64,000 nt of DNA, from assembly GCA_964035545.1 (NCBI GenBank), contig OZ037769.1, forward strand, positions 11,128,633 through 11,192,632. The letters run 5' to 3'. A program made the position numbers and the translations under genes. Source of the stretch: Bugula neritina (taxonomy: Eukaryota; Animalia; Bryozoa). How positions within the stretch are numbered: the stretch's first letter is position 1; each line of letters opens with the position of its first letter. The notes beneath the pieces were generated by a model. The model was not told the DNA's origin and made no database searches. It saw only the letters and a list, made by a program, of their open reading frames with translations. Of this stretch, positions 14,473-27,265 are shown piece by piece.

Positions 14473-15727
14473 CTTTCATCAAGGTGCTCTTAGTCAGCTC
14501 TAAAAGTTATATATAGATTGTACACTAATACTATCACTGTCTCCTTATCTAAAGTATTATATGAATGACACACTAAAGTCTTTACGTCTCAAATCAGCTT
14601 TTAATCTTAATTATTAACAAGGCCTTATACAATACTATGATGCAATATGCATGAAGTTCTTTATTGCTAGATGAGGTAGAATTATGTATGAGTGTTCAAC
14701 ATCAAAGCTCAAAAAGCAAGCATTGTACCTATAATATACATTGCAATGCTTAATACGATACAATACAATTCTATTCAATTCAATGCATTGCTATATAATA
14801 TGATGTAATATAACACAATACAAGTTAACATGATATAATTTATCATAATACATTATAAGATGACATAATATAATATATTATAATATAATAATTATATAAT
14901 AATATATAATTATATTATAATATATAATAGATTCCAGCTGCAGTCAATTAACTGTATAGTCACGCTTTCAAAAGTTGTAGAAACTTTGCATAAGTTGTCA
15001 AACAAACATGTATTTTTGAGTTGAATATTGTAATATTAAGTGAATAAGCTTTATTTAGCATAGAATATGTTACTAGGTTGAGTCACAAAAAAGAGTGACA
15101 AAGAGTACGTCCATAAAGCATTAGCTTTTTCATCTGAAAGCTTTAAGTAGCTTTTTCTCTTAAAGCCTGCATAACAACCAAACTATAATAAAATATATAA
15201 ATATGCCTACAGCAAATATTTTATTCACAATTATGTTTTACAAATTCACAATTTACAAACAAAATCATTAAAATGATAATCCTACCAAAAAAGGAAATCT
15301 ATCTATATTATTCCTAAATATAGGTATACTTTTTTGAATTTCGCAAATAACAAGGTAGTTCTAAATAATATTTGTAGCTTGAAAGATCTACATAAATATA
15401 TGAAATAAAATTTGTTAGAAGAAAAGACCAATTCTTCATACAGATATCAGTAGCTTCATCGTTGATTTAAAGAATATTAATGTCTATATAAAAATAATTT
15501 AAACCTACTTTGTTCTCAAATATATTATGTTCTTTTTATATTATTTTTAGATAAATTTAATATAGTCAAAGTTTTTATTTTTGCTGTCAACTCAAACTTA
15601 ATTTGCTAGTCATATGCAGAAATGAATTATTAAAAAATATCTCTAATTTAGAAATAAAAAAGTATTAATTGACTTTTGTAGATGATGAGACCACTGTGAT
15701 CTAAATCTAGCTACATCTACATATATG

Positions 15728-15880
15728 ACCATCTATACTTACATGTTCTACAATCTATACTTACACGTTCAACAATCTATACTTACATGTTCTACAATCT
15801 ATACTTACATGCTTAGATATCTACACCCACATGTTTTACAATCTAAACTTGGGCATGTGGCAATCTATACTCACATGCAT
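15728..15880. repeat. Degenerate 22-bp minisatellite (ACAATCTATACTTACATGTTCT)
   Basis: About 7 diverging units. Confidence 0.8.
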
Positions 15881-18821
15881 GACTATAATATACATATTAC
15901 CTACATTGGTAGCAAGAGAATGCAGTATGTAATGAAACATAACTCTATAATAAATAATAATTACAACTAATTATCATTAAAATCACCAGTTTTTGTTTTA
16001 ATGAAATATAATTTTACTATACAGCATCATCGTAATATAGTTTGATAATCTTATTGGCACATTGACACAGACAAGTGCATATATAAATTGATTATTCCAC
16101 CTGTCTAATACTGGCGGCTGAGACAGGTGCTTTCAGGTGTCATCACCTCTAGAGTGGCTGACTGACTACCGCTACTAGCAACTGGGCATATGAAAAGCTT
16201 ATTAGTATTATTTCCTGTATAAACTTATTAAATCTGTCTTTGATAGTTCACTCTTGCTATTTATACATTACTTTGTATACCTTATATTAAGAATAATATT
16301 GGAAAATTCAGTGCTATATTTTGTTCATTAATCAAAAGGTTTCGGGTGTAAATTGCAATAAATTTATTTATCTTTTCAACAAACCTGCTATACCTTCTGT
16401 TTCAGCTGGTGAAAATGCTTATTTTATAAAATTTTTAGACAACTGAGATTGCTTTTATGTAGTGAAATGTTATTTGTACCAATAAAATACCGTGAAAAAT
16501 ATCACGCCTTCTGTAGTAAGCTAGAATAACAATGCACAACAGTTTAGACACATATACATAATATGTTTATGACTGGGATGACTGGCACAAGTAGACTTTA
16601 CCGAGTATTCATATTGTATTTAGAATCAGGATAACTATCATAACCAAGAATTGCCTTCTCCTGTTAGTTTATTTTGTGAGAGTAAAGCACAGTTTAGTCC
16701 TAAAAACTCTATGCTATGAGAGTCAGTTATTTATGCAAGATTATGTTACTATAATAATGTTATATATTATTGTATGATTTTATTATCATATTACGTTATT
16801 ATTATATTACTTTATTATTGTATTGTTATATTACTAAATGCTGCAGTAATTCTCCATGTGAAAGTTGGCTAATCAAATGTAACATGATATTATTTTGCTG
16901 CCAACATGAGAGTTAGATTTGATTCCCATGAATTATATTTATCAGATGAAAAATATCTGGTTTGAAATTTAGCTTAAAACATTGTTATAATATTTTTGTG
17001 TAATATTTCAGCAAATACTTCAACTATAAGGCAATATCCACTTTGCCAATACAATTCATATCTAAATAAGCCAATCCAAATGTACATATTATTTATTGTC
17101 AATAGCTTTGTAGCCCCAATGTTTACTGCACATGAACTTTTCTAAGAGGTTGTTGGTAGTTGGGAGCTCAACTTGTCACCACTTAATACTGTCTGCACTC
17201 TATTATACCCATAGAAGCTGATTAAAATAAGTAATTTTAAAAACATGCTAGTGAAATAATACATACGTTCTCTCATTATTAGCACATCAAATCTTAAATC
17301 AAGCAACTAGTTTTACTTAGTGCTTTGCTTTTGTAAAAATAAAAAAAAATGCTGATGAACTTTTGAATTTTCAACTCAACCAGATAATACGCCAATTTGT
17401 GTTTTTGCAAAAATAAAAAGCCATGAGTTGCTGTTGAAACTTTGGAGTTGAGTTATATTTCAAGTGCTCAGAAAATAAGTCTCTAAAAGCATGCCTTCCT
17501 TTAGTTTTATACCCAGAGGTTAGAATTGATAGCGTTTTTACTTCATAATTCTTATCATATCTCTGATGCCAAGACAGATATGGTAGCATTGATGCAAACC
17601 TCCAACTAAATAATAGATATTTAAAAGATAAATATTTTTAAAATAGATGCATGTAGCTTTTTACGTGAAAATATATTATCAAAAGTGCACTCAGACAGAT
17701 TTATATGAATTTAATACCTGGTAGATAATTATTGGTACAAAAACAATAAATGTTACATACTTCAGTAAACTTTCTTTAAACTTTTATCAGTATGAAGCAG
17801 TCAGTATGTATAATAAATAAAAACTGGAGCATAACAAATTTATTTTTTTCTCAAAATAGAAATTACGTAAGCGTCTGGCTAACTTAGACCAATGGGGAAG
17901 GGGAAGGGAGAGGCAGGAAAACATGACAAGAGCAACTTTTGCATTCCATTTAGTGCTTCAGAACTCAAGCTATTTAATAACATGTGTAAATATAATTGAA
18001 TGAGAAAGTAATTAATCAGTGATAAAAGCTTGTTGATATTAATTAGTTGAAAACTCAGTTACTGCTATATAGCCAGTATAACTGTATAACTGTGAAACCT
18101 GATGGTGGGTAATGAGTATTACCAGGTGTTATATATAAACACTGGTGTATTACTATATCCATTGTGGAACATTATATAACATCTCTGGTCAGCTTAACTA
18201 ATTTAGGCAAAAAACATGTAGATCATTATAAGCTGTTCACCACGATGTAATGTGTTAGTATCTATAGTATAATATTATAATAAACTATGTTTTCACATTT
18301 AGCAAAACACGGTTGACTGCATATTTTAGCTTCAATTTCATTCAGCTTCTCAGACGATTACCCGTTAGCTAAGTGGAAAATAGTTCAAAACTTGACTCCT
18401 TTGAGTATAAAAACCATTTCTTTCTTTTTTGATAATTAGCAAATTATATGTATGACAATGAATTATTTTAAACCTTATATATATGCTATATACAGATTAC
18501 CAATATTTCCAAATACTTGTAGCATTGTGTGTCTCATAATTTTATAATCATGGTTATACATGATCATTATATCGAAATAAAAACTATGTATTATAATATA
18601 ATTACTGACTATACAGCTGCCTTCAATAATTGAAACAAGCTAGGCTACACATTTGTTACAATATTTTACAGTTTTTATTTCACATAGAGCATAGACATTA
18701 GCGAAATGTTATATTTATCTTAGCATTTTAAGAAGTTGTTCTATTTGTGCTGTAAAATTTTATGAAATTCCGTTATTCACAATTTACAAAACATGTCTAC
18801 ATCCAAAAGTGCGCTAAATAC

Positions 18822-19388
18822 TGTAGTAAACTGTGGGTTCTGAATGCAACTAGTGCCTACATGCTCTAGAAAGAATAAGCCAAGTATTTGAGTACAAATG
18901 AGGATAACCTTTATTGTATCAGATACAGCTCATGTGGTCCTACTACCAGCGAGCTCCAGTAGTAGTCTGAAGCTACACTGGAAACTCGCCTGCTTTTATA
19001 CACAAGAATTCACATCTAGAATGTTCCAACAGACAAAAGAAAGTTAAGCTTGACAGTAACAAAAGAAAAATAGACAAAGGAGAATGAATAATTCAATAGG
19101 CCAAGAATTTAGCTATAATAACAACCTATTGAAGGCATTCATAAAAGCTACACAAATTTCCAGTATCAGTATTAATGCAAAACGATGAAATAGCAAAAAG
19201 GGAAAATAACTCTGGAAATGCGTATTTAATGAAAATTACATTATACTGAAAGCTTAATCACAATAATAAGGCATTAGAAAGCTAGTGCAACTTAGCTACA
19301 ATTACAGCATTCAAAATATACGCAACAGTAATTATAATACTGACACACGCAGTTACTTGAGAACAGTAGAGGATGAGAATCTATCACA
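18822..19388 (-). repeat. 3' LTR of Gypsy element 1
   Basis: 567-bp direct repeat of 25511-26077; TATAAAA (~18995-19000) and AATAAA (18910-18915) on the minus strand. Confidence 0.97.
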
Positions 19389-19574
19389 TTCTCCCCCCAT
19401 CGAAAAGCATCCCTTTTCGATAACAAAACAATGATTCCACACAAAAAAAATGAAACACAAACGTAGAAAAATATGCGGTTAACAGGAAGGTATTATGATT
19501 AATCACACGTAACACGAGAACATTTACAGCTCAGTTGGCTATTGCCAGCGGCCCCTGGTTGTCCGGTTTTATCA

Positions 19575-22500
19575 TTAGAGGTGGTGCACCAGGCTTTCTA
19601 TCTCTTCTGTACTTGGATCGAGGATATGGGACCAGGCCTCGATTGCGCTATCCAGGACGCACTCTCGGTAAGGAAGTGCCATACTCTGCCCGTGACGGGG
19701 CAATTGTGGGTGGGTTGGCTGAGTCTGTTCTTCTATCTGGTTGCCTGGTGCTCCAGATATCCAATACTGGCGGGCGACCAGGGCCCGAGGCATTGCCAGT
19801 ATTGGAGAGTCCTCTTCGTCTCTGCCTGCGAGGTGGTCGCCGTATAGAGTGCCCTGCTCCTCCCCAGCTATGAGCTGGAGCTCAACCGGTTCGGGGTCAG
19901 GGCCACTAACGCTGGCGGAACACACCTCGGAAGAGGGGGTGTCGTACTGCTGGCTGCGGGGAGCCGAAACAGGAGCTGGTGGGGGAGGGGAGTCGGATCG
20001 ACTGGCCTCCTCGGTATCCTTACGCTCCTCTGTTTGGGTATCTGGCGAGGTAACTCCCATAGCTGATGCTAGTGTCTGAATAACAGTGTTTAAATTATAC
20101 TTAGGGGTATCAGGATTAGAATTCAACTTGAGCTGTAACTCACGTGCTAGCTGTGTGAAATCTTCTTCTTGGTGGAATTCTCCAGGGTGATGGAGGGAAT
20201 TTCCAGCCAAGATGGGGTGGTCGTCCGTACTGGGTGGGTTGTCTTCATGAGGGGGCCACTCCAGGTGCCCTACAGCATAGTCTGCCAGATACCTGGGGGG
20301 TCTTCTTGACCGCTGGCTCCTCTCAATTGGAACAGGCACCTGTGGTGTTGGTGGCTCCTGGGCTACCCTAGTAGGGGGGTCCCCGCCTTCACCCAACACG
20401 GGGGTGGGGGTGTCCTCCCCCAGGGAGGGTGGTGGTCCTAGGGCTTCCCGCTGTTCCTGTTCCCGCTCTTCTCTCTGCTGTCGCTCCAGCTGCTCTATCA
20501 AGGCGGCCTGCTCCTGGTCCGACTCTCTGGGAACCACAATTTCCACCTCTGGGGGCTGGGTGGCCCGTCCTCGACGGTTGGGCTGGCGGTGGGGCTCCAG
20601 GAGGGGTGGAGCCTCACCCACTGCGTCTGGGCTGGCATGGTAAGGCTTCAGGCGCTGCTCGCTCTGGACCGAGACCTGTCCAGAGCGCTCCACACGGTAT
20701 GTGTGGTTGGGCAGCACCTCCACTACACAGTAGGGACCGACGAACTTGGGCTGAAGTTTAGCCGACTGTCCGCGTCGCCTACGGTAGCTCACCATCCAGA
20801 CCCAGTCTCCCACTTGGTACAACGGGGGCTCTTCCGAGTCCTCTGTGTGGGTCTGCCACTGCTGGGTACGCAGTGCATCATGAGCTTTGCCCATGATGTC
20901 TATCAGACCCTCCACATATTCGTGTACCGGTGACTCGGGGGCAGGAACATGGTATGTCAGGTGTTCCGGAACCCGCGTCTCTCGGCCTAGCATCAGGAAG
21001 TTTGGGGTCTCCTGCGTGGCGGAGTGTGGTGTGCTGCGGTAAGCCCGCATGATTTGCGGCAGCACCACGTCCCATTCTTCCTGACCTCGACCAAGGAGCA
21101 GGCTCCTGAGGGTGTCACCCAACATCCTGTTGTTCCGCTCGACGACTCCGTTCCCTTGCGGGTGATATGGGGTGGTCCGACTCTGGTTCACCCCCCATAT
21201 CCGGCAGAGGTCTCCCATGAGCTGGGACTGGAACTGGGCACCCTGGTCCGTATGTATCTGCTCGGGTAAACCGAGGTAACAGAACACATGTTGGTCCAGG
21301 GTCCGGGCCACCGTGGGGGCTGTTGCGTCTGGAATAGCCAGAGCATCTGCCCACCGGGTAAAGTGGTCCGTGAGCACCAGTATCCAGGTGTTCCCTCTGG
21401 CGGATAACGGCATAGGCCCGACGAGGTCTACCGCCACTACTTGCCACGGTCGACCAGCGTATAGCCGGCGTCGACCAGTGGTTTCCGTGGGGCGGCCATG
21501 CTTGCTAGCTTGGCAGACCTCGCATTGCCGTACCCGCAGTCGTACGTCCCGAGTCATTCCGGGCCAATACCAACGCAGCCGCAGACACCTGATGACCCGA
21601 CTGACTCCAGAATGAGCCTGCTTATGGGTGTCCCAGATCAGTTCCCGTCGGAGGGCGCGTGGACAGACGACGCGGTCCCTCTCTTGCTGACGGTTGTCTG
21701 CTGCTAACGTTATCATCAGGAGGCCATCAGGACTGACCTTGAGGGCATCCCAGCGACGACAGAGGAGTTGGAACTCAACGTCTCCCTGCCGCTGCTGTTC
21801 CTCGCTAGGTCGTCGGCCCTCCTTCTTGGCCCGGAAAATGTCCGCTACCGCGCCGGGTAGCGTCTCCTGGAGTCGGCACAGCTCCTTGACATTCTGGTAC
21901 AGAGTGGGGTTGGCGTGGAGCGCCTGGACGTCGTCTGAGTGGGTTTCGGTCCGAAGATGGCCGTGCTCCCACCGATAGACGGCGCCCTCCCCTAACTCTG
22001 TTTCCACGTCAAGGCGAGCGGGTCCCCCGTCCCGCTTCTCAATGTGCAGGCACTGCTTACAGTCTCCTACCGGCCGGCGGCTCATGCCGTCAGCGTTCCC
22101 GTGCTTCCGGCCAGCACGGTGTTCTATCCGGTAAGAGAACTCGGCAAGAATCTCTAGCCAACGAGCCACCTGGCTCGAGGGCTCTGCACGTTTACACAGC
22201 CATATCAGTGATGCATGGTCTGTTCGCAAACGGAACGTTCTCCCATACAGATATGGCCGAAAGTGCTTGACCGCCTTGACTACTGCTAGGAGTTCCTTCC
22301 TAGTGGTGCAGTAGTTCTTCTCGGCGGCCGCGAGAGTCTTGCTGTAGTAAGCTACGACCACCTCACTTCCACCCTGAACTTGAGACAGGACAGCTCCCAC
22401 GCTGTGGTCGCTGGCGTCAGTGTCCAGGATGTACTCTTGGGCTGGGTCAGGATACGCCAGAATTGGCGCCTCCATTAGCCGCTGCTTGAGGTGGTCAAAT

Positions 22501-24675
22501 GCCTGCTGCTCCTCCTGTGTCCACTGCCACCGGACCCCCTTTGCAGTCAGCCGATTTAACGGCTGAGCCACTCCTGCGAAGCCAGGTATGTACTGCCGGT
22601 AGTACCCTACTAGGCCCAGGAACGCGCGCAACTCAGGGAGGTCACGGGGGACAGTCCACTCCTTCACAGCCTGTACCTTCTCCGGGTCGGTAGCGACCCC
22701 GTCACGGCCAACCACATGGCCAAGGTACGTGACTTCCGGCTGCAGGAGTGCACACTTGGAGGGCTTTAGCTTCAGTCCAGCTGCCCGGAGACGGTCAAAG
22801 ACCTCCCGCAGACGACTGACATGGGTCGAGAAGTCTGGGGAGATGACAATGACATCGTCCAGATAGATGAGGAGGGTCTTCCAGTGTAACCCACTGAGGA
22901 CCTGCTCCATGAGCCGTTGGAAAGTTGCCGGGGCGGACGTTAATCCAAATGGCAGTACTTTCCACTTCCAGAGCCCGTCGCGGGTGATGAATGCTGCTTT
23001 ATCCTGGGCATCAGGACTGAGGGGTACTTGCCAGTACCCGCTAAGCAGATCCAAAGTACTGAAGTACTTGCTACCCGCGAGGGCATCTAGAGACTCATCT
23101 ATCCGTGGGAGAGGGTAGGCGTCCTGGATGGTAACACTGTTGAGTCTGCGGTAGTCCTTTGCAGAATCTCCAGCTACCATCCTTCTTCTTGACCAGGACT
23201 ACTGGAGAGCTCCACGCACCGTGGGCAGGCTCAATCAGATCCCGGTCGAGAAGATCCTGTACCTGTCGGCTCACCTCCTTCTCCTTCTCCGGGCCTAGAC
23301 GCCGGGTAGGCTGCCTGATGGGAGTGGTGCCGGCTGCCAGGGGTATCTCGTGGGAGATGACCTTGGTCAGCCCCATGTCTCCATCGCCACGACTGAAGAC
23401 ATCACTGTACTCCGCAAGTAGTTGAGCCAGTACTTGGCGTTCAGTACTACTTGTACAGTTTCCACACGCTCCATCATATAGGTCAGCCATATGCTCTGGG
23501 ACTGCTCCTCGTCTGGTGTGAGGGGGGTTCCCCTGGGTGTCGGCCACTGTCTCCAGTGCCGGACCCACATCCGCTTTCTGGATGGAGTGGTACTTCCCCA
23601 CCAGCGCTCCAGCCGATAATCGGACAGGTTCCGTGAAGGGGTTGATGCACTGCACGAGGAGCTCCTGCCGACAATCTAGCCGATTCAGGCTGTTTGCTAG
23701 TCGGATCGCTCCGTGCGTTCCCTCAACCACCCCCAGGCCGGCGATCCCCTTGCAGTTGACTCTGCAGCGAAGAGTCGCCTGGGATCTCCCCGGAACCGTG
23801 CAGTCCCGCACTACCTGGACTCCGCCCACCAAGGGCCTTCCGAACTTGTCGACGCAGACAAGCTCCTTCCCAGCCATCACCACCACTGACTTCTGGAAAT
23901 CCATGTGACACTGGTGTTTCTCCAGAAACGGCATTCCCAGGATGGCGTCCTCCTTCAGCTGGCTGACTATGAACGTCTCGTGAATTGCTTGATCACGGAC
24001 GCGTCCAGGTAGTGAAATGACGCCGTAGAAAGGAATGCATGATCCGTCCGCCAACGTACCATGCGCACCTTCATACGGCTCGAGGCTCGCCCGCTCTCGT
24101 GCACCAAGAGTGTCAAAGAGACGCCTACTCAGCAGGTTGGTAGTGCACCCAGTATCCAGTAGGAATGTGGCAGCTTTACCCGAAATCTTTCCGGGCAGGA
24201 AGTAGCTGCTTCCATACGGCTGGGTGCTCCTGGAGCGGTCAGTCTCTGGGGGAGACACAACTTGGGTCCGCACAGCGGGCCTCCTCTTCGTCTTAGAGAC
24301 AACGGGGGTTTTCTGAGGTCGGGAGGGTAGCTTGGGGTACTCTTGCGAGTAAGCTGAAACCTCCTCCACAACCTCCTCGGGCAACCCCGCGAACCGGTTC
24401 TGGAGTGGCTAGGCCGGAGGATCGGGCAGACCTTGCGGTCTCCGAGATCTCCGAGGTGCCTGCCATCCTGCTTCTTCTAGCTGCATCCGGGTCTCGAGTG
24501 ACACGGCCGGAGGATCGGGTAGACCTTGCGGTCTCCGAGGTCTCCGTGGCCTCTGCCACTCGGTATCGGCAGACCCTGTGGAGGTCTCTTCTTCTCCTCT
24601 TCGAGTCCTATCCCGGATGGGATTGGCGTGAGGCCCACGGTTGGCGGAAGTTACCGTGAGCCTTGGGTGTTTAAA
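19575..24675 (-). pseudogene. pol: Gypsy pol (protease, RT, RNase H, integrase), with one in-frame TAG and one frameshift
   Basis: PR LLDTGC; RT LDLLSGYWQ, PFGL, YLDD; RH TDASD; IN HKQAH..CEVC, DLVG, TDQG, VER. TAG at 24409-24411; frameshift at WRFC/DYRRLN (~23158). Confidence 0.93.
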
Positions 24676-25460
24676 GGCCCTTGGCCTCTAGGGCAGTGCC
24701 TCCTCACGTGCCCTTGCGCCCCGCACCCCCAACAGGTTAGCAGAGATGGGCGGACAGGGTTGTCCCGTGAACGGGGAGCCCGCCTATCCGCCTGTTCGTT
24801 CTGCAACTTCGTCACCGTAGCCTGCAGGCCTTTCATCATGTCCATTAACATGGTGAGCTGCGTCTGCTCGGGTGATTTAGTTGCAGCTGCTGCTACCTGT
24901 GGAGTTGGAAGTGGGGTGGTCTCCTCATGCTCCTCATACTGTTGACCTTGGCGGCCAGCCAGTGTCGCTGCAGGTCCGGGTGATTCACGCTCCGGAAGAA
25001 CGCGTTATAAACGAGGCGCTTTCGGTCGTCGCCAGTGGCATGACCGAAAGCAGCCTGAGCCAGGCGCTCTACCTCGTTAGCGTGATCTTCCAGAGGAGTC
25101 TTCCGGTCTCTCCTCATTATCTGCAAACGATCAGCTGCTTCTTCGGCTGATAGGCCGAACCGGGCTCTGAGAGCCCGCATGATGTGCTCTTCATCAGGCC
25201 CAAGAGCAAAGCTCTTGGCCCGGCCTGTCAGACAGGCCCGGAGTTGGAGGATGCCATTCAGCGATGGTGGCCACATCCTGGAACTCCCTGATAAATTGCT
25301 CTACGTCTCCTTCTCCTCCGAAATTCGGGGGCTGGAGGCGATACCTGTCACCAGGTGATGCCTGTCCTTGACCCCGCAATCCCTGGAGGGCTGTGACCAG
25401 CGCCTCAACCGTGAGGGCTGGTGGTGTTGCTGCCTCAGGGGCTGAGTCCCCTGGGGCCAT
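24651..25460 (-). pseudogene. gag: Gypsy gag, disrupted by two frame-shifting lesions
   Basis: Capsid-like NFGGEGDVEQFIREF..W / ILQLRACLTGRA segments and the zinc knuckle CWGCGAQGHVRRHC lie in alternating frames, with breaks at ~25253 and ~24935. Confidence 0.85.
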
Positions 25461-25490
25461 TGCGCGCCGCTCGGCAACTAGTTATTCGAA

Positions 25491-25509
25491 AATCCCACCG
25501 CTGCCACCA
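25491..25509 (-). other. Primer-binding site, tRNA-Leu
   Basis: TGGTGGCAGCGGTGGGATT is the complement of the eukaryotic tRNA-Leu(AAG/TAG) 3' end AATCCCACCGCTGCCA-CCA, 1 nt from the 5' LTR. Confidence 0.9.
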
Positions 25510-25510
25510 A

Positions 25511-26077
25511 TGTAGTAAACTGTGGGTTCTGAATGCAACTAGTGCCTACATGCTCTAGAAAGAATAAGCCAAGTATTTGAGTACAAATGAGGATAACCTT
25601 TATTGTATCAGATACAGCTCATGTGGTCCTACTACCAGCGAGCTCCAGTAGTAGTCTGAAGCTACACTGGAAACTCGCCTGCTTTTATACACAAGAATTC
25701 ACATCTAGAATGTTCCAACAGACAAAAGAAAGTTAAGCTTGACAGTAACAAAAGAAAAATAGACAAAGGAGAATGAATAATTCAATAGGCCAAGAATTTA
25801 GCTATAATAACAACCTATTGAAGGCATTCATAAAAGCTACACAAATTTCCAGTATCAGTATTAATGCAAAACGATGAAATAGCAAAAAGGGAAAATAACT
25901 CTGGAAATGCGTATTTAATGAAAATTACATTATACTGAAAGCTTAATCACAATAATAAGGCATTAGAAAGCTAGTGCAACTTAGCTACAATTACAGCATT
26001 CAAAATATACGCAACAGTAATTATAATACTGACACACGCAGTTACTTGAGAACAGTAGAGGATGAGAATCTATCACA
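25511..26077 (-). repeat. 5' LTR of Gypsy element 1
   Basis: 567-bp direct repeat of 18822-19388. Confidence 0.97.
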
Positions 26078-26949
26078 ATACATGCATGGATTACTTGGAC
26101 TTCTAAAACGTTATCTCACCTATGAAAAGATTGGTCTCTGACTTGTCACCTATAAGTCAAATGATTTACAGGGTAGCGATATCATAACAAATATAGGCTT
26201 CATCTTAATAATTTACTAAATAGCACTATAAATAAAGTATTAAGGCATGACCTACATTTTCGCTTACACTCAATGCTTTCTCAGTCACATTGAAAGTTTA
26301 TAAAATTTATAGCTTTGTTTCTATATATAATAATTATGAATAGTTAGGATGCAGGATATTCCGGAAATCAAGTTGCAATTATTTTTATAGTTCAAAGAGC
26401 CCTTGAGTAGCAATTGTTAACTAAGTTGAAGCTGACATTAAAATGAAAACTGCGAAGTTGAAAAGAAGAAATCTATAGCAAATATTTTTCAAAGTTAACA
26501 AATTACAAGTAAAGGTGATTGATCAGCTAGCAGAAATAATATGCAATTAGTATATGCAAAATATATAAATAAATATAATTATAAGCTCAATGTCTATAGA
26601 TACAATAATAACTATAATAGTAATAATTGCCATTGTCATTCATCTATATATAATATGCGCACTGAGTAACAGTGGTAGCTCTTAATTTTATGTTTTACCA
26701 AAAAAGTTGAAATACTCACTGAATGGTCTTAACATAAAAATATTATAATATAGAAGGCCAGGGTAGAGTTCCCAGAGTAATCAATGTGTGGGGGGGGGGG
26801 CTTGAAACGTTTATCATTTTTCTGTTGATAAAAACTAACCAGCGAAACTATTCAACAGTAGAGATCATTGATGTAAAATTGAGAGATCAAAATCTTAAAG
26901 TATTTCTTAGTATAAGTTCCTTTATAAAATTACGAAAAATGTATCTTAC

Positions 26950-27010
26950 CTTTGCATGACAACAAGTATGCTAGAATAATCCAACTCAGGTGAAAGATTT
27001 AACTCTTCAT
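26950..27010 (-). pseudogene. Distal signal-peptide-like first exon with an in-frame TAA (candidate disabled nAChR exon 1)
   Basis: ATG AAG AGT TAA ATC TTT... = MKS*IFHLSWIILAYLLSCK-G with a strong phase-1 donor AAAG|gtaaga; promoter-like motifs lie ~180-250 bp upstream. Confidence 0.4.
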
Positions 27011-27190
27011 TTTAAAATTGTCAATTGAACTCCATTAATATTTAATTGCAACGATGTTTTGAATGGCCAAAGAAACACACCAACTATAGACAGTACAAGT
27101 TTATCAAGTGCTAGTCATGTACCTAAACGCCCACTAATTACTTATGAAGTGCGCTATTAATACCACTATTAAATACGAATCAACAGGCGT

Positions 27191-27265
27191 TGATCACGTG
27201 ATCAGCAGACTATTAATTAATTAGAAACCGCCAAACAACAATATTCAGCATCTAGTAGCCAATCA
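27191..27265. promoter_or_regulatory. Promoter-like motif cluster (E-box palindrome, TAAT palindrome, CCAAT)
   Basis: Perfect 14-bp palindrome TGATCACGTGATCA (27191-27204), then TAATTAATTA and AGCCAATCA within 75 bp. Confidence 0.35.

Larger units (their letters stand above)
18822..26077 (-). mobile_element. Full-length Ty3/Gypsy LTR retrotransposon, coding-defective
   Basis: Two 567-bp LTRs (TG...CA), identical by eye; 4-bp TSD ATAC (18818-18821 / 26078-26081); tRNA-Leu PBS; PPT ATGGGGGGAGAA at 19389-19400; gag with CCHC knuckle; domain order PR-RT-RH-IN. Confidence 0.98.

Noticed and set aside
19535-25150. Many plus-strand and alternative-frame ORFs inside the Gypsy element
   Set aside because: Shadow ORFs expected in GC-rich coding DNA; no recognisable domains and no env-like signal or TM pattern.
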